Assembly: GCA_051362555.1 (NCBI GenBank) | Contig: CM120644.1 | Location: forward strand, 13,848,567 to 13,912,566 | DNA length: 64,000 nt | Source of the DNA: Lingula anatina | Taxonomy: Eukaryota > Animalia > Brachiopoda | Direction: 5' to 3' | Shown: one piece after another, positions 14,809-28,300 of the stretch | Layout of the letters: every line of letters begins with the position of its first letter | Numbering within the stretch: position 1 is the stretch's first letter | Notes under the pieces: model-generated | Database searches by the model: none | Seen by the model: the letters and a program-made list of their open reading frames with translations, nothing else | What the model was told of the DNA's origin: nothing | Translations under genes and position numbers: made by a program

Positions 14809-15161
14809 AGGGATAATAACTCTTTGTATGAGATCTATATTTCACAATAAACACATTGTGAATGACTCATAAAAATATAATATATTCTGTTTTACCACAA
14901 AAACGGCAGTTAACGCTATTATTCTGATATCTGAGCTTGTTTTTAGACCACGTGACCTCCATTGATGGCTATACTCTGTTAAAATCTCTTAAGAGATTTT
15001 AACAAAAAAACAAACTTTTTAGAAAAAAAACGGGGACTAACTTTGAATGTAAAAATGGATTCATTAACCATTGGTAAGTATTTGAAAATTGTTGTTTACT
15101 CCAGGAAAATTCTTTTTTTTTTTTTTTTTTTTTTTGGCCGAAACGAAGAGTTATTATCCCT
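14809..15161. mobile_element. Kolobok-like MITE, copy 2
   Basis: Same TIRs and internal sequence as 384-719; TTAA at 14805-14808 and 15162-15165. Confidence 0.8.
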
Positions 15162-18100
15162 TTAAGTACCTCTTTCGTGGAATGGGGTAAAAGTAAAATG
15201 TGCCAAATAATCGTGGAATGGCTTCTGATTATGTCTCTGTAAATGTTTTTATTATCGTTTTTATCGGGACGTGTATCCATAGAATCGTTTTTGTATGGAG
15301 CGGATCCCAGGGGAAGATGCTCAGATCTATATAGATCTAATTACGCAAAGAGGCAATAAAAAAATATCCGTGAATAAATTCTGCCAAATTTTATTCTTTG
15401 TGAATGGCGATCGCTGGCCACCCGTTCTTTCTGACCCCACTCTCTAAACACAACGGGGGATTCCCATCCATCCTGCAAAATCTCATTTTTAAAAGTTTTT
15501 ACCCAGCAATAGTAGACTTCTGACTTTTAAGGCCAATATACGTTTTTAAAATAGTTTTTATCCCCCCTGCAGTAGCTAACGTTAGTTCCACTTTTAAGCC
15601 TAATTCATAAATATATTAATGTCCAGTTCTTTATTTTAATTTTATCCAGCAAGGATAAACAATTTCTGATATTTATATACAGTATATATTATATATAATA
15701 TATTTTTATATGTTTATTGGCTGAATAAATTCTTTTCTTATCTTATCCAAAGACGAAACGCAATTTGATTTTCTATGCCATATCGTGAGACTAACCTACT
15801 TCTACCTTTTTGTTCGTGATTGACGGCATTTTTTGGTAGATATTCTGTCCTTAACACTGCGTGCAACCGGCGTCCTCAAATAGTACTCTACCGTGTCCTG
15901 ATGTCAGTGAATGGACACCCTGAATCATTCGGGACTTTCAGGAGTTCGAATGAAAGTAAAATTTTAAATTAGCATGTGGAAATTTGGTCTTGTATAAGCC
16001 CCAAGCAGGTAATTATGGATCATCAAACATCGACAACTAAAGCGATAAATTACAATTTTTAAGAGGTCATACAGGATATTTCGGGTGTCTTGTAACTAAA
16101 TATAAATGCTGCATTATGCACCTTATCATTTTACACAATCGTGAGACCAGTTATTATTTAAGTTAAGGGTTTGGGGGAGGTCAGTTTAAACTAAGATCTA
16201 ATATTAGATCTTAGGTTTAAACAGGGGCGTATACATTAATTTTAGCAGGAGCTTTTATGTTTTCGCAGAGCGATTGAGTTTATTATTTTAATGCTAAGAG
16301 CACGTTTCGAGGACGTGCAACGCGGTTAAAGCAGGGCCTTCTGTGTACGCTGTAAGGGTGTTAGCAATATTCAAGTTCTATAAAGGCAGCGGGCACTGGT
16401 ACATGAAATGCGGAATATCCTCAAAAATGTCACATATGTTATTGAATTCCGATGAACTATTACTGCTCCAATCTGCTTAAGGCCACTAATAGTAAAAGGA
16501 CCAAAGTCATAGAAACAAAGCCCTGGGCTTATAAGTTTTTATAAAAAATTTAAACAAACTTTCCAAAAGGCCAATTAAAGACGGGAATTAAGTACAGTGT
16601 CCCAGTATCTCGAAACGGCAGCGGCATGCTTACATAGTGAGATGGTTTTCCACAGGCTATATATAGCCCTTATATCCGCATACTCAGGGTGTTGACTGGC
16701 CTACTTAAACAATGACGCTTGACACACTGAACAAAAATACCCCATTTAAGGTAAACACGCACCTGTACCTGTACGTCCTTAATCGGGGAACCGATATACA
16801 TAAACACCACTTCCCCAAAAGAACAGTCATATCTCAGACGGAGGTAGGAGTCCTATACTCGGCAGACTGGGTGACTGAAAGTAAGTTATTGAACGCAAGT
16901 TTTGGTCAGCGGTGAAATTTTTATATGATGGTAAATTAGTTCAGATTTATTTAATACGCAGGTCTGTAGTTGATTCGAGTGCCACGAACACTTGGCACTG
17001 TTGCCTAATACTTTTAAAGGTTGGTTCAGCACGCAAAACGACTTTTTAATGGGATACATTATATCTGAAGGCAGCAAAAGATGTCATCGATAAGAATTCG
17101 TATTGTATTTGAACGTACTTTTAGATATGTCACGCACATGATTGTACGGTAGCTTGAAGAAATTCAAGTTCACTCTGCGTTAAGAGAAAGGTCAAAATAC
17201 TGCGCATGTAGGCGTTCTTTTTTGTCAAGTCAAGTGACGATAACAATCGACTATAAATATATATTCATCATTTTCGTTTGAGCGATGGCTGTACTAATAC
17301 CAGTAGGTACTGAAAAAGATGTTGATGACCATATCAGTGACCATATGGGCATCTTAACTCAAATCTTAACAACCAGTCCAAAGAAGGGCATTACATGTTC
17401 ATACACTTTCGCACCGAGGGCTTGGTTTATGACAATACGTTGACTCGAAAATAGGTCGCTTCTTTGGCCAAATTTATGAGCTGCATTCACAACCAAAGGT
17501 GATTCCCGGACAAACAGATCCGCAGATTACGTAGGGCCGACCCACTTGAAAGCTTGCCGCGCAATCCCGTGGGAAATCTATTCAGTGTCTATTAGGGGAT
17601 TATGGAAGCTTTCATGTGGGTCGGTCTTATTTGATCCCCTGATGTGTTAGCCCGCGGACCAGTGTGTTCTGAATGCGCCCATAGTCTATTCATGGTGAAA
17701 AATTACTAAGCGTGGACCGATATCCCACTGTTATCTGCGTAGGAAAAAAATACCATATACATCAGTACAAATATTTAAGGCTGTGCGTGGCGAATTTGAT
17801 CAGTACATCTTTTTAATAATCGCCGCTTTTGTCGCCTATTTCGGATATTTTGCCTTGCTGTTTCAAGGATCATTAAACGTGGTTCATAGATTCAAAATCA
17901 TTCAACAACCCGTCAAGGCAACGTTCGTAGCGTCATCCGACACGTCATTAAATTATAACTTTCGCAGCATGGACCCATCAGTCTTGTTTCCGAGCAAAGT
18001 TATATGGTTAGCGTGCGATAAGTTATTATAATAAGAATGAATAAGGCTCGGTGCCATTTTGCCCGTTTTGTATAGATATAACTTTATAGTATGCGTCCAT

Positions 18101-18505
18101 ACTTTACCGAGTATGATTATAGCTGACGCCAGGCTGTCACTTGCCCTTGGGTCATACGTATTTCTTATATAAATAAATAAATAAATAAATAAATAAACAA
18201 ATAAATAAATAAATAAACACCCGTTCTGTCGCCCTACAGCTGAAGAAACTCCCAACTCCCACAAATATATTGTAAATAAATGTTCTAACAGAACCACCCG
18301 ACTGTTTGGTGGGCCCTAGCTTAAGTATACCGCGCGATGTGAAAAGGGTCAGAAGATTTTTTCCAGGTGACATGTCTGTATATTACTCTATGAACAGTGA
18401 TTTTTCTTTTGCTGTTGAATGGTTGCTCGCCGTCATTGAATTTTCTAATTCTGGATATCCCGTCAAATATGAATGTTGCATACTGCTACAACTACTACTA
18501 CATTG

Positions 18506-18546
<41 letters not shown>

Positions 18547-18613
18547 AAAATAATAAAGAAGAAATAATTAAGTCTCTTGAAAGACAACTGTTCTGAAATG
18601 TTAAGCCTTTTAA

Positions 18614-18821
18614 AGCCCCCTTTACACTGGACGGTGTCCTTTCTGCGTCCCTGATTGAGAGGAAAAAATAATAATTTAACGTGCTGACAACTGGCTAATC
18701 ATTGAACAATTCATTCTGCACCCAAAGCGATGCTTGTGCCTCCTTTCTACGACCACAGCGATGTCAGTGTCGTGGTCGCACAGAGGACGCAGAAAGGACT
18801 CCGTCCAGTGTTAAGAGGGCT
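18614..18821. mobile_element. TTAA-flanked MITE (Kolobok- or Harbinger-like)
   Basis: TIR AGCCCCCTTTACACTGGACGGTGTCCTTTCTGCGTCC / GGACGCAGAAAGGACTCCGTCCAGTGTTAAGAGGGCT; TTAA on both sides. Confidence 0.7.
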
Positions 18822-19389
18822 TTAAAAGGCTTAACATTAGTAACATTAGTAAGTATTTCGAAATTACAAAAAGGCCTCGTTAACGTGAAACGCTGAAGTT
18901 GTTTTGAGGAGATGTCTCACACTGTGTTCTAAGGTGACCTCTACGGTTGATCGCAGATGAATAGACTTGGCACGCCTCTGCGCGCGTATAAGAAAATGTG
19001 TAGGTGTCTACTATACGTCCTACACACACTGGACAATAGAAGTGTCACCACCACTGAACTAATACTTTGAGGGAGATAAATGACTGTGGAATGATATGCT
19101 CCTGGTATCATTTTATTAACATCAAATTTCACAAAAAAAAAAAAAAAAAAAAAAAAAAAACGGTTCTGACTGAACAATTCAACTGTATCGATCGATATTC
19201 TGACATATTGCTCATGTTCCGCCTCTTCGGTCTCCAAGGGCACAAACAAATTTACTATATAAATATCAGGAGGGCCATTACGGCAATGATTCCAAGGTAT
19301 TGGGATTGAAAAATAATTAAATTTATTTATTATTATTATTATTAAGGTGAGACAAAGCGAAGAAATAGAAAGAAAGGATAAAGGGAAGT

Positions 19390-22300
19390 ATGGCAGAAAA
19401 TCCAGCATTTGAAAAGGGAGGCAGCGTGAGTATTTCTTAGATAATAATAATAGTAATAATAATAATAATAAGTAAATAAATAAATAAAATAAGTTGAAAA
19501 TCATAACAGTGTGGACTGTTTTGTTATATAGCTTGCAAATATGGTTCATGAATTTTACATATTTATTGGTATACACTTTCTGAAAATCACTCGCCGGTCC
19601 AGGTAAAGCCCCCTGAGTTTTTGAGAAACTTTTATGAGGTCGCGAGAAGGTCACTGGAATCCCCTGTATTATCAAAGCGAATACTTTTCACTCTTGGAAT
19701 ATATAGAGTGAGTTCTCAGTGACCTCTGTAACTCGGGAGTAGGGGTGATGTTAATGATCAAGATCTATAGGAAATTCAGAATTTTTTTTATGTCAACAGA
19801 GATTTGTAGTCTTAAAACAAGCTAGTACAGGGGCGGATCCAGGATTCTTTGAAGGGGGGGCGGGCGTTTTTTTAGGGATTGACGGGCTCAGATTGCAAGG
19901 CCGACCCTCAATCACTTGGCGTTAGGTTCGGGACAAAAATTTATATAGTATTTTAGAGGACAAAAGTCGTCATTTTGGAACGGCTAATTAGATCTATGAT
20001 CCAGCTAGACGTTTTTTGGTGCGATCTTTTATCAGAAATCGAAGGGGGGGGGGGGTCAGAACGTCGACCCCCTTGCATTTCGAAATCCGCAACTGTAGTA
20101 TTTAGCAGTTTCTAATTTGATCTGTCAAAGGCAAAAAACGCACATTGTTGTAAATAAAATGGCTTCGAAATACAATTTATCTCCCTGTTATAACGATTTT
20201 ATTTTTGTTGGCAGGTACAAGACATACAAATACCACCAGGAGAGCTGCCTGACCGGAATGTAAGTAAAAAGTGTGTGGGTGTTGTTATGGTTCTTAACAC
20301 TATCGGTCAAGCTTATAGTAACCCCAACCCTCTGTCATCAATTATCATTAAATAGCACTCTCACTAATGTACGTAGTATAAACACACTTGACAGTGATCC
20401 CTCTGATCAGTAGACACACAATGTATTTATATCTGCACACTGAGAAATAAAGTCAGTTGTTGCAGTCAAGTCCTTCCTTGGAGTTGTTTCATGGTGTCAG
20501 AAGTACGTGACTGTGTTTTATAACAATACAGTGAGCCAACGCTGATAACCAGTTGATAAAAAAGTCTTTCCACATGGAGCTGGGAGCTTTACCAGTACCT
20601 GCCATGAACTGGCATGCTACCGATGCAGTTCAGGAGTACAAGAAGTTCAAACAGATGTGCGAGTTATACTTTGATGGTCCACTAAAGAACAAATCTAAGA
20701 CTGAAAAGATTGCGTACCTCCAGATATGGGCTGGAGAGACTGGACGAGACCTAGTAAGCACATGGAACTTGACTGGGGATGAATCTAAGGAATTAAAAAC
20801 CTACTTTGACAAATTTGAAGAATTTGTTAAGCCTAAAAGCAATTTTAGACTAGCCAGATTTAAGCTGAGGACCCTTACGCAAGGTAACGGGGAAACTGTA
20901 GATCAATTCTTGAAGAGAATTCGTTCTCTGGTCAGCGAGTGCAAGTATACCCAACCAGATGAACAAATACTTGACACGCTCATTTTTGGATGCAAATCAG
21001 CCCGCACGCAGTCCAAATTACTGGAATTGGGTGAAACTCTGTCATTGGACAAGGCGATCGACATTGCAAGAACTCAGGAAGCAACCTCGCAGCAACTCAC
21101 AGACATCAATCGAGACGCCCAGGTCCATGCAGTCAAGCACAACAAACCATTTCGCCCTAAACCTACATTTAAAGGGACACATAAGAAGAGAGAAACTTCT
21201 ACCATGGCCTCAAAGTGCCACCCCACAATGGAAAATCAGTGCAATAACTGTGGATCAAAACATGATCATAGTAAAAGAGAGCTGTGCCCAGCATACGGGT
21301 CCACATGCTTTGGCTGTGGGAAACTTAACCACTGGAGAAAGTGCTGCCGCTCCGAGCACAAGCAGTCCACAATTCATCGTGGAAACAGGCCACACAGACA
21401 CGCCGTCACTCCCAAGCAGCAAATGCATAGAGTGCATGCCTGCAGCGAAGACGACTGTGAGCCACAAGAGAGCAACGAGCTATATTTTAGCCCAATATAC
21501 GTGGGCAGCATTGAAAGCAAGCGTGCTTTCATTAACCTGAAAATCAGCTCTGAGCAAAATAGTATCACTTTTCCGTGCAAAGTTGATACTGGTGCCGATG
21601 GAAACCTAATCACGAAGAAAGACTATGCCAAATTATGCCCTAATAATACCAATTTGAAACCGTCTGGCGTCAAAATTACAGCCTTTGGTGGTCAACGCAT
21701 ACCTCATTATGGATCATGCACCTTGACACTGACGTATGGAGGTTCAAATACTGAGCATGAATTTCACGTTGTCGAAACCAATGGGCCGACTATCCTAGGC
21801 ATAGACACCTGCCAGAAACTAGGCTTAGTTACACTTAACTATGCTGTTGATCTGGAGGACAGACAGCACTCCAATGCTAACAATGCACTTCTGGAACAGT
21901 ACCCCGACTGTTTCCAAGGCATTGGCTGTTTTAAAGGGGAATATCACATTACCCTTGATCCCTCGGTGCCACCAGTGGTGCATCCACCACGCCGTGTACC
22001 AGAAGCGTTACGTGAGCCTCTCAAAACGGAGCTCGAGTCTCTTGAAAAGAAAGGCATCATCGCTAAAGTAGAGGAGCCAACAGACTGGGTCAATTCGTTA
22101 GTCTGTGTCACAAAGGCTGATGGCAGCATACGCCTGTGCTTAGACCCAAAAGATCTAAATGCCGCGATAAAAAGGCCACATCATCGAATCCCAAGCTTTG
22201 ACGAAATTTTACCAAGGCTTAGCGGAGCCCGCTATTTCTCAATTCTGGATGCTCGTAGTGGTTACTGGAACATTAAACTTGACCATGAGAGTTCACTCAT

Positions 22301-25300
22301 GGAGCCCAGAGCATCACCTCACCAGAAACATTGCAATATTTTGACAGTAGCAAACCTGTAACGATTCAGGTTGATGCGCCGCAGCGCGGCCTCGGTGCCA
22401 CTTTGATGCAGAACAATGGCCCTGTCGAATACAGGAGCAAATTACTAACAGAAACCGAGATGCGGTATTCAAACATAGAGCGTGAAATGCTTGCAGTTGT
22501 ACATGGATTAGAGAAGTTCCATTACTACGCTTATGGCCGTAAAGTCACTGTTGAAAGTGATCATAAGCCTCTCCAATCCATATTCCAGAAACATGTGAAC
22601 AATGCACCTCCCAGAATCGCAAGGATGATGTTGCGCATTCAGAAATATGATGTAACAATCAAATATGTGCCAGGAAAGAACATTCCAATTGCTGATGCTC
22701 TTTCCAGATTGTCAAAATGCGAAGGTGACACCATTCAAGGTGTAGATGTCACAGTGCATGAGATCGACATGCAGCTGAATGCAAGCCCCACCAGACTAAA
22801 GCAGATCCGAGAAGAAACGTCCAAGGACGAGACGCTTCACTCTCTTCGAAACTTCATCACAAACGGATGGCCAAACACTAGGTCAGAGTGTCCATCGCAC
22901 CTCCACGACTATTGGAATTACCGTGATGAATTGTCAGTATTTGATGGCCTTATTCTAAAAGGAACTAGAATCCTGATCCCAACAACGCTTCAAGCAGCAG
23001 TGTTAGAACAGTTACACTATGCTCATCAAGGAGCTGAAAAATGCAAACTCCGTGCCAAAGGATCTGTATTCTGGGTCAACATTAATCGAGACATCGAAAA
23101 CATGGTTAAAGCATGTGCACCATGCCAACACAACCAGAAGGCAAACGTCAAACAACCGCTAATGCCACACGACGTACCACAAAAACCATGGCACACACTG
23201 GGAGCAGACTTATTTTTCATTGACAATGACAGTTACTTGCTCATATCTGACTATTACAGCAAATTTCCAGTAGTCAGAAAGCTGAACAATTTGCAGTCCA
23301 ACACTACCATTGCTCACATGAAATCAATCTTTGAAGAATTCGGAATCCCGAGAAAGCTTATCACTGGAAATGACACTCAGTTTACTTCGGCTGAATTCCA
23401 GAAATTTAGCCACGATTATGGCTTCGAGCACGTCCAAACAAGCCCCCACTATTCACAGGCCAATGGATTTATTGAACGAGCTGTTCAAACTGTTAAAAAT
23501 CTGCTGATTAAATGCAAGGAAGCTAAAACCGATCCTCATATGGCCATGTTGTGCCTTAGATGCACACCATTAGATCACAACATACCATCGCCAGCAGAAC
23601 TCTTAAATTCTCGTATGATACCAATCTTCCTGCCATCCAACCCCACCTGTCACATGCCTCTTATGACGGTGAAATAAATGCATACATGCAAAGAAAAAAG
23701 GATAAAGAAAAGAGCAGATATGATCAGTCAGCCAGAAATCTATCTGACCTACGTCCTGGTCAGCATGTGAGAGTACGACATCCCCAGAGTCACAAATGGG
23801 AACCAGCAATTGTAGATTCTACGAGACCAAACAGGAGCTATGTTGTAAAAACTAACAATGGTGGTCAGTATGTACGCAACCGTATACACATACGTCCAAC
23901 AGGAGAGAAATTCAATCAGTCTGACTTTGAAAACACCCATTTGCAAAATCATTCACCAAGCAATGATCAGGAGTCCCGCTTTGAGAATTCAGAAGCAGCT
24001 CAGAACAAACAAGTGCCAAACACTGTGGATAACACTGTACCCCAATCACCAGTGCTATCTCCACGACGATCTACTAGAATAACAAAAGCACCTGATAGAC
24101 TGAACTTGTAACTTGTACATATGCATGAACAATGTCATATAGCTCTACTAGCTAGGATTTTATTTATCACTGTATTTACTTTATTTTACTCACTTAAACT
24201 ACATGCTTCACATGTGAGACTTCTCTTGCACAAGGTATTACTCAAGAAATCAAAAAGACATTTATTCTGTGTCAACACTATCAACCTTGTGTTAGCACCG
24301 ATTATCTTTTCTAAAGGAAGAAGGGGATGTTATGGTTCTTAACACTATCGGTCAAGCTTATAGTAACCCCAACCCTCTGTCATCAATTATCATTAAATAG
24401 CACTCTCACTAATGTACGTAGTATAAACACACTTGACAGTGATCCCTCTGATCAGTAGACACACAATGTATTTATATCTGCACACTGAGAAATAAAGTCA
24501 GTTGTTGTAGTCAAGTTCTTCCTTGGAGTTGTTTCAGGTGTGGTGGTGGTGGTGGCGGGGGTGGGTACAAGAATAGGGAGGGAGGGGAGGGGGTGATTGA
24601 ATAACAGACAAGGGCAAATTTACTAAAATATGTAGGGCACAGGATGGAAACACTGCTCGATTTTTTCCCATTTCGCTTTTTTCATACTGCCTCTATTGAG
24701 GGGAAAGGGGTTATCACAAAGATCAGGGGAGCGGGTGGGGGCTGTAGGGGAGACCGGGGCTAGTTGGACCCCAGGGTAAATTGGCCCCCCATCAAGTCTC
24801 TTTAATAAAGTTACTTTTAGATGCTAAATTATTTCATTTGGACTCACTGCCGACCCTTTCTTAGCACTATTGGATACGGTCACTTTACAAATTGATGTGA
24901 TCAATTCTTTTACCCCATTGTTACTTTGTCATATATTGATGGGGGGGGGGGGGGGGGGGGCAACTTACCCGGGGTCCAACTAGCCCCAGTCTCCCCTATC
25001 AGGAATTGTTTCAGGAATTGTTGTAGAATAGGAATCCCATTTGTTTATTCTCAGATGTGTAAATGTAGCTCATTTATATGATTAAACCAAGTTTGGATAG
25101 AGAATGACATGGACTGACAAGAATACATTCAAGATAAGGAAAAAAAATCACACATGTTCAGCCAACCCACTTCTTAAAAATAGAATAGAAAAGAATTGAG
25201 TAGAACAGAAAAGAACGAAATAAAATAAAATAAAATAAAATAAATCACAAGTCCCGTGGTTTCACGCAATTATCTCATTCAAAAGCTGATAAAAGATTGA

Positions 25301-28300
25301 AATGAGAATCAATTCATGTCACCTGGACTAGGTACTTTATCTGAGCTCGCAGGATATTAAAAACAGAAATGGGATAGGAATAATTTCCATATTGCCTTTT
25401 TAATTTTCCCTTAGGATTTGGGGTAATAATAGAATCTATGCTGGAGTTCCAGTGAATAGAATGAGAGGATTGTCAGGACAAATATCTGTTCAATTTAATA
25501 TGTCTTGACATGTAGATCGGCATAGCACAGTTAACTTAAGGACATACCTGTAATTGGCTTGAAAGGGGAAGCCTGTTTAAGCCTGTACTTCTTCATTCAG
25601 GTTCTTCATGGCAGAAAAAATTCAGACCTGTGTAAGTATTGTGAATAAATAGTATTTGAGAATTTTCCTCTTAGACCTGCTTTTTTTATTTACTCATTTA
25701 GTTGAATGGGGTCAGGTAGTTTGTCAGTCAGTCAGTCAGTCAGTCAGTCCAACCTCCAGTCAGTCAGTCAGTCTGTTAGCCTGTCAGTCAGTAAGTCTTC
25801 CAGTCAGTCTTCCAGCCAGTTAGCCAGCCAACCAGTCAGTCAGTCAGTAATTTTTAATCATTTTGAGTCATACATTTAATGAGTTAATAAATCAAATAAA
25901 TCAGCCAGTCAGTCAGCCAGCCAACGAGTTAGTAATTAAGCCAGCCTGCCTGCCATTGATAAGTATAGTTGTGTAATGCATTAACTGAGATAGAGCGCAT
26001 TCAGAATGGATAATCCATGGACCAACTGATCTGCTGATTAAATATGGCAGACCCCACTTAAAAGCAAGCTGCTTAATCTCCTCTTGGTCCCTCCACCTCT
26101 ACACGTGCCATTAAAGGGATTCAATCTTGTCTTCGAGGCCCCTGCACTGATGGCCCATGTGAAGGCATGAAGGCCTTCACAGGATTAGTCAGCACTGCTT
26201 TTTAGTGAGTAGCCATATTTAGTCCATGGATATGTTAGTCCATGGATAAAAAAAACAGCTATTATTACAACTTAAAATGGGAAAAAAGCAAGTATTTTTT
26301 CCATCCCCCAGTCAAACATATTATAGTAAATTAATTGTCCTTGTCTATTATGTTTTGTTTACAAAAATGAGAGAAAAAAATATTCTCATGCCCCCTTTAG
26401 TATAAAGTCCTCCCCTGTGTTAGACACAAACATGGAGGACACAGAGGAGACATCACCTCCTTTACTAGCCAAGGTAAGACTGCAAATTATGTTAACAACA
26501 GCCAAAAATTTCATTTAAAATGTGCATGCTAACACTATTAACTTGCAGAAAAAAGTTTTGAATTCAGAAAGCACATACCACATTTAAACATAGAGCAAAC
26601 TTTGAAAATGTAGCTTTTGAGGGTTAAAATGAACTAAGCCAGAGAGTTCTTCACACATGATGCTCCCCTTTGTAGATTAATTGATATTGACTGTACATGT
26701 ATAAACTTCACCCTTCTTTCCACTATGAAATTTCTTTGATATTCATTCATTCATTAAAATCATTGATTAATCAAAATAATATATATGGGAAATATATATC
26801 CATGATCCATCGTAATGATTTCAAAATAAGTGTTCTCTCTCCTGTACATGTAATCTATCAAAGGTCTAAGAAATCGAGGGTAACATATGAACATATGAAC
26901 TTGATAACCTGTTGAAAGATGACTTTATCTCACACTATATCTGAGATTGGGTTCCCATATATGTGTATCACCAAGGGTTTTCTCACTAAATTGTTTTCAG
27001 CTTAAGCGGCTTAGATGTCTGGCACATCTATACTGAAGCTGCTAAACAAGTAGGTATGCCAGACATCTAAGCTGCCTATAAGTTGATTGCATTTTAGCAA
27101 GAATCCTCTTGGAGATAGATTTATCTACACGTTAGTACGATTGACTCTGGGAATGGTCCCTAACGGACTGTTTGTAATGAATTTTGTCAACCTAGCTTAT
27201 GTAAGCAAACTCCACAGGGACTCTCACTGAATGTAATCAGATGAACAGTCTCCAACATGCTTCCTCATGTTTCCAATGTTCTCGAATAATCACCATTTTT
27301 ACTATTTTTGCCAATGCCAGGAACAATTAAGTGTGTGTATTATAGTCAGTTAATTAATCTGATTGCATTCAGCAAGACTCGCATAGAAGTTAGGTAGGTC
27401 AAGAAAATTCACTGTGCACGTCCCTGTTTGTCCACTGCCTATTTGCTGTGGAGATAATGGTATTGTATATACGTAGAACCACTGGCCAGTGCATGTGAAA
27501 GGGTTAACGTACTTTAACATGTTCATGCTGCATTCTTCAGCAGCAAACTGTCCAGCATAATGTTTATTAAACACATTATAAACATAATTTATCAGGTGGA
27601 TAGGTATACGTTGACATACCTGAAACAGAAGAATCTTTATCAGGATGATGAAAACCCCATTAGAAGAAAATTACATTTATTTCTTTTTTAAGGGGCTTGG
27701 GGGGGGGGGAGGGGGGGTTCAACAATATTGAAAACATTTACAGGGTCTCATACAGCAGATAGAAAATTAAATTAAAAAATAAAATAAAATAATAATAATA
27801 ATTAAAGCACTGAATTTATACAACAAAGGTATATACGTTAAATCCAGTGCAGATCAGTACAGTTATGTAGGCAAGTTAAATTTCCATTGATTGACATATG
27901 GGACTCATATGTTTTGATATCCCATGGTTTTAATTGTTTTTTTTTTTTAAGTTGAGCATTTGTTTGGCATTTTGACAGATCCCGGGGGGGGGGGGGGGGG
28001 GGGTTTGATTAACAGTTCAAAACACAAATTTGGGATATGTGGTGACTTGTAGGATATGTAATTTTGATTACCTTTTTGGCAGACATAAAATTTTTTAATT
28101 TAAAAACCGTTCATTCTCAAACCACCCCATTGATTTTTACTTCCCAGTTTCATTGTTTTCTTAATTTATTTTTATTATTTACATGTGCTTTGAAACAAAC
28201 ATTGCTGCCAATGAACACATATTTCATTGCTTTTCATTCTGACTTGACAATGACTTGACCTTTCACACAATCTCTTATGCACGAGAGTGGTAGACTAGTA

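Larger units (their letters stand above)
20283..24536 (+). mobile_element. Gypsy/Ty3 LTR retrotransposon (Mag-like), internally deleted, 4254 bp
   Basis: 209-bp LTRs TG...CA at 20283-20491 and 24328-24536 (2 mismatches), 5-bp TSD GGTGT, PBS TGGTGTCAGAAGT (tRNA-Leu type) at 20492-20504, PPT AAAGGAAGAAGGGGA at 24313-24327. Domain order gag-PR-RT-RH-IN. Confidence 0.95.

Noticed and set aside
18941-19675. 244-aa minus-strand ORF
   Set aside because: Low-complexity translation through poly-T and (ATT)n tracts, non-ATG start, and antisense to the predicted SLC23 first coding exon.
20959-24342. Overlapping or antisense ORFs and a possible env-like ORF (24121-24342) in the Gypsy element
   Set aside because: Short alternative-frame shadows with no motifs; the 73-aa 3' ORF is too short and runs into the LTR.
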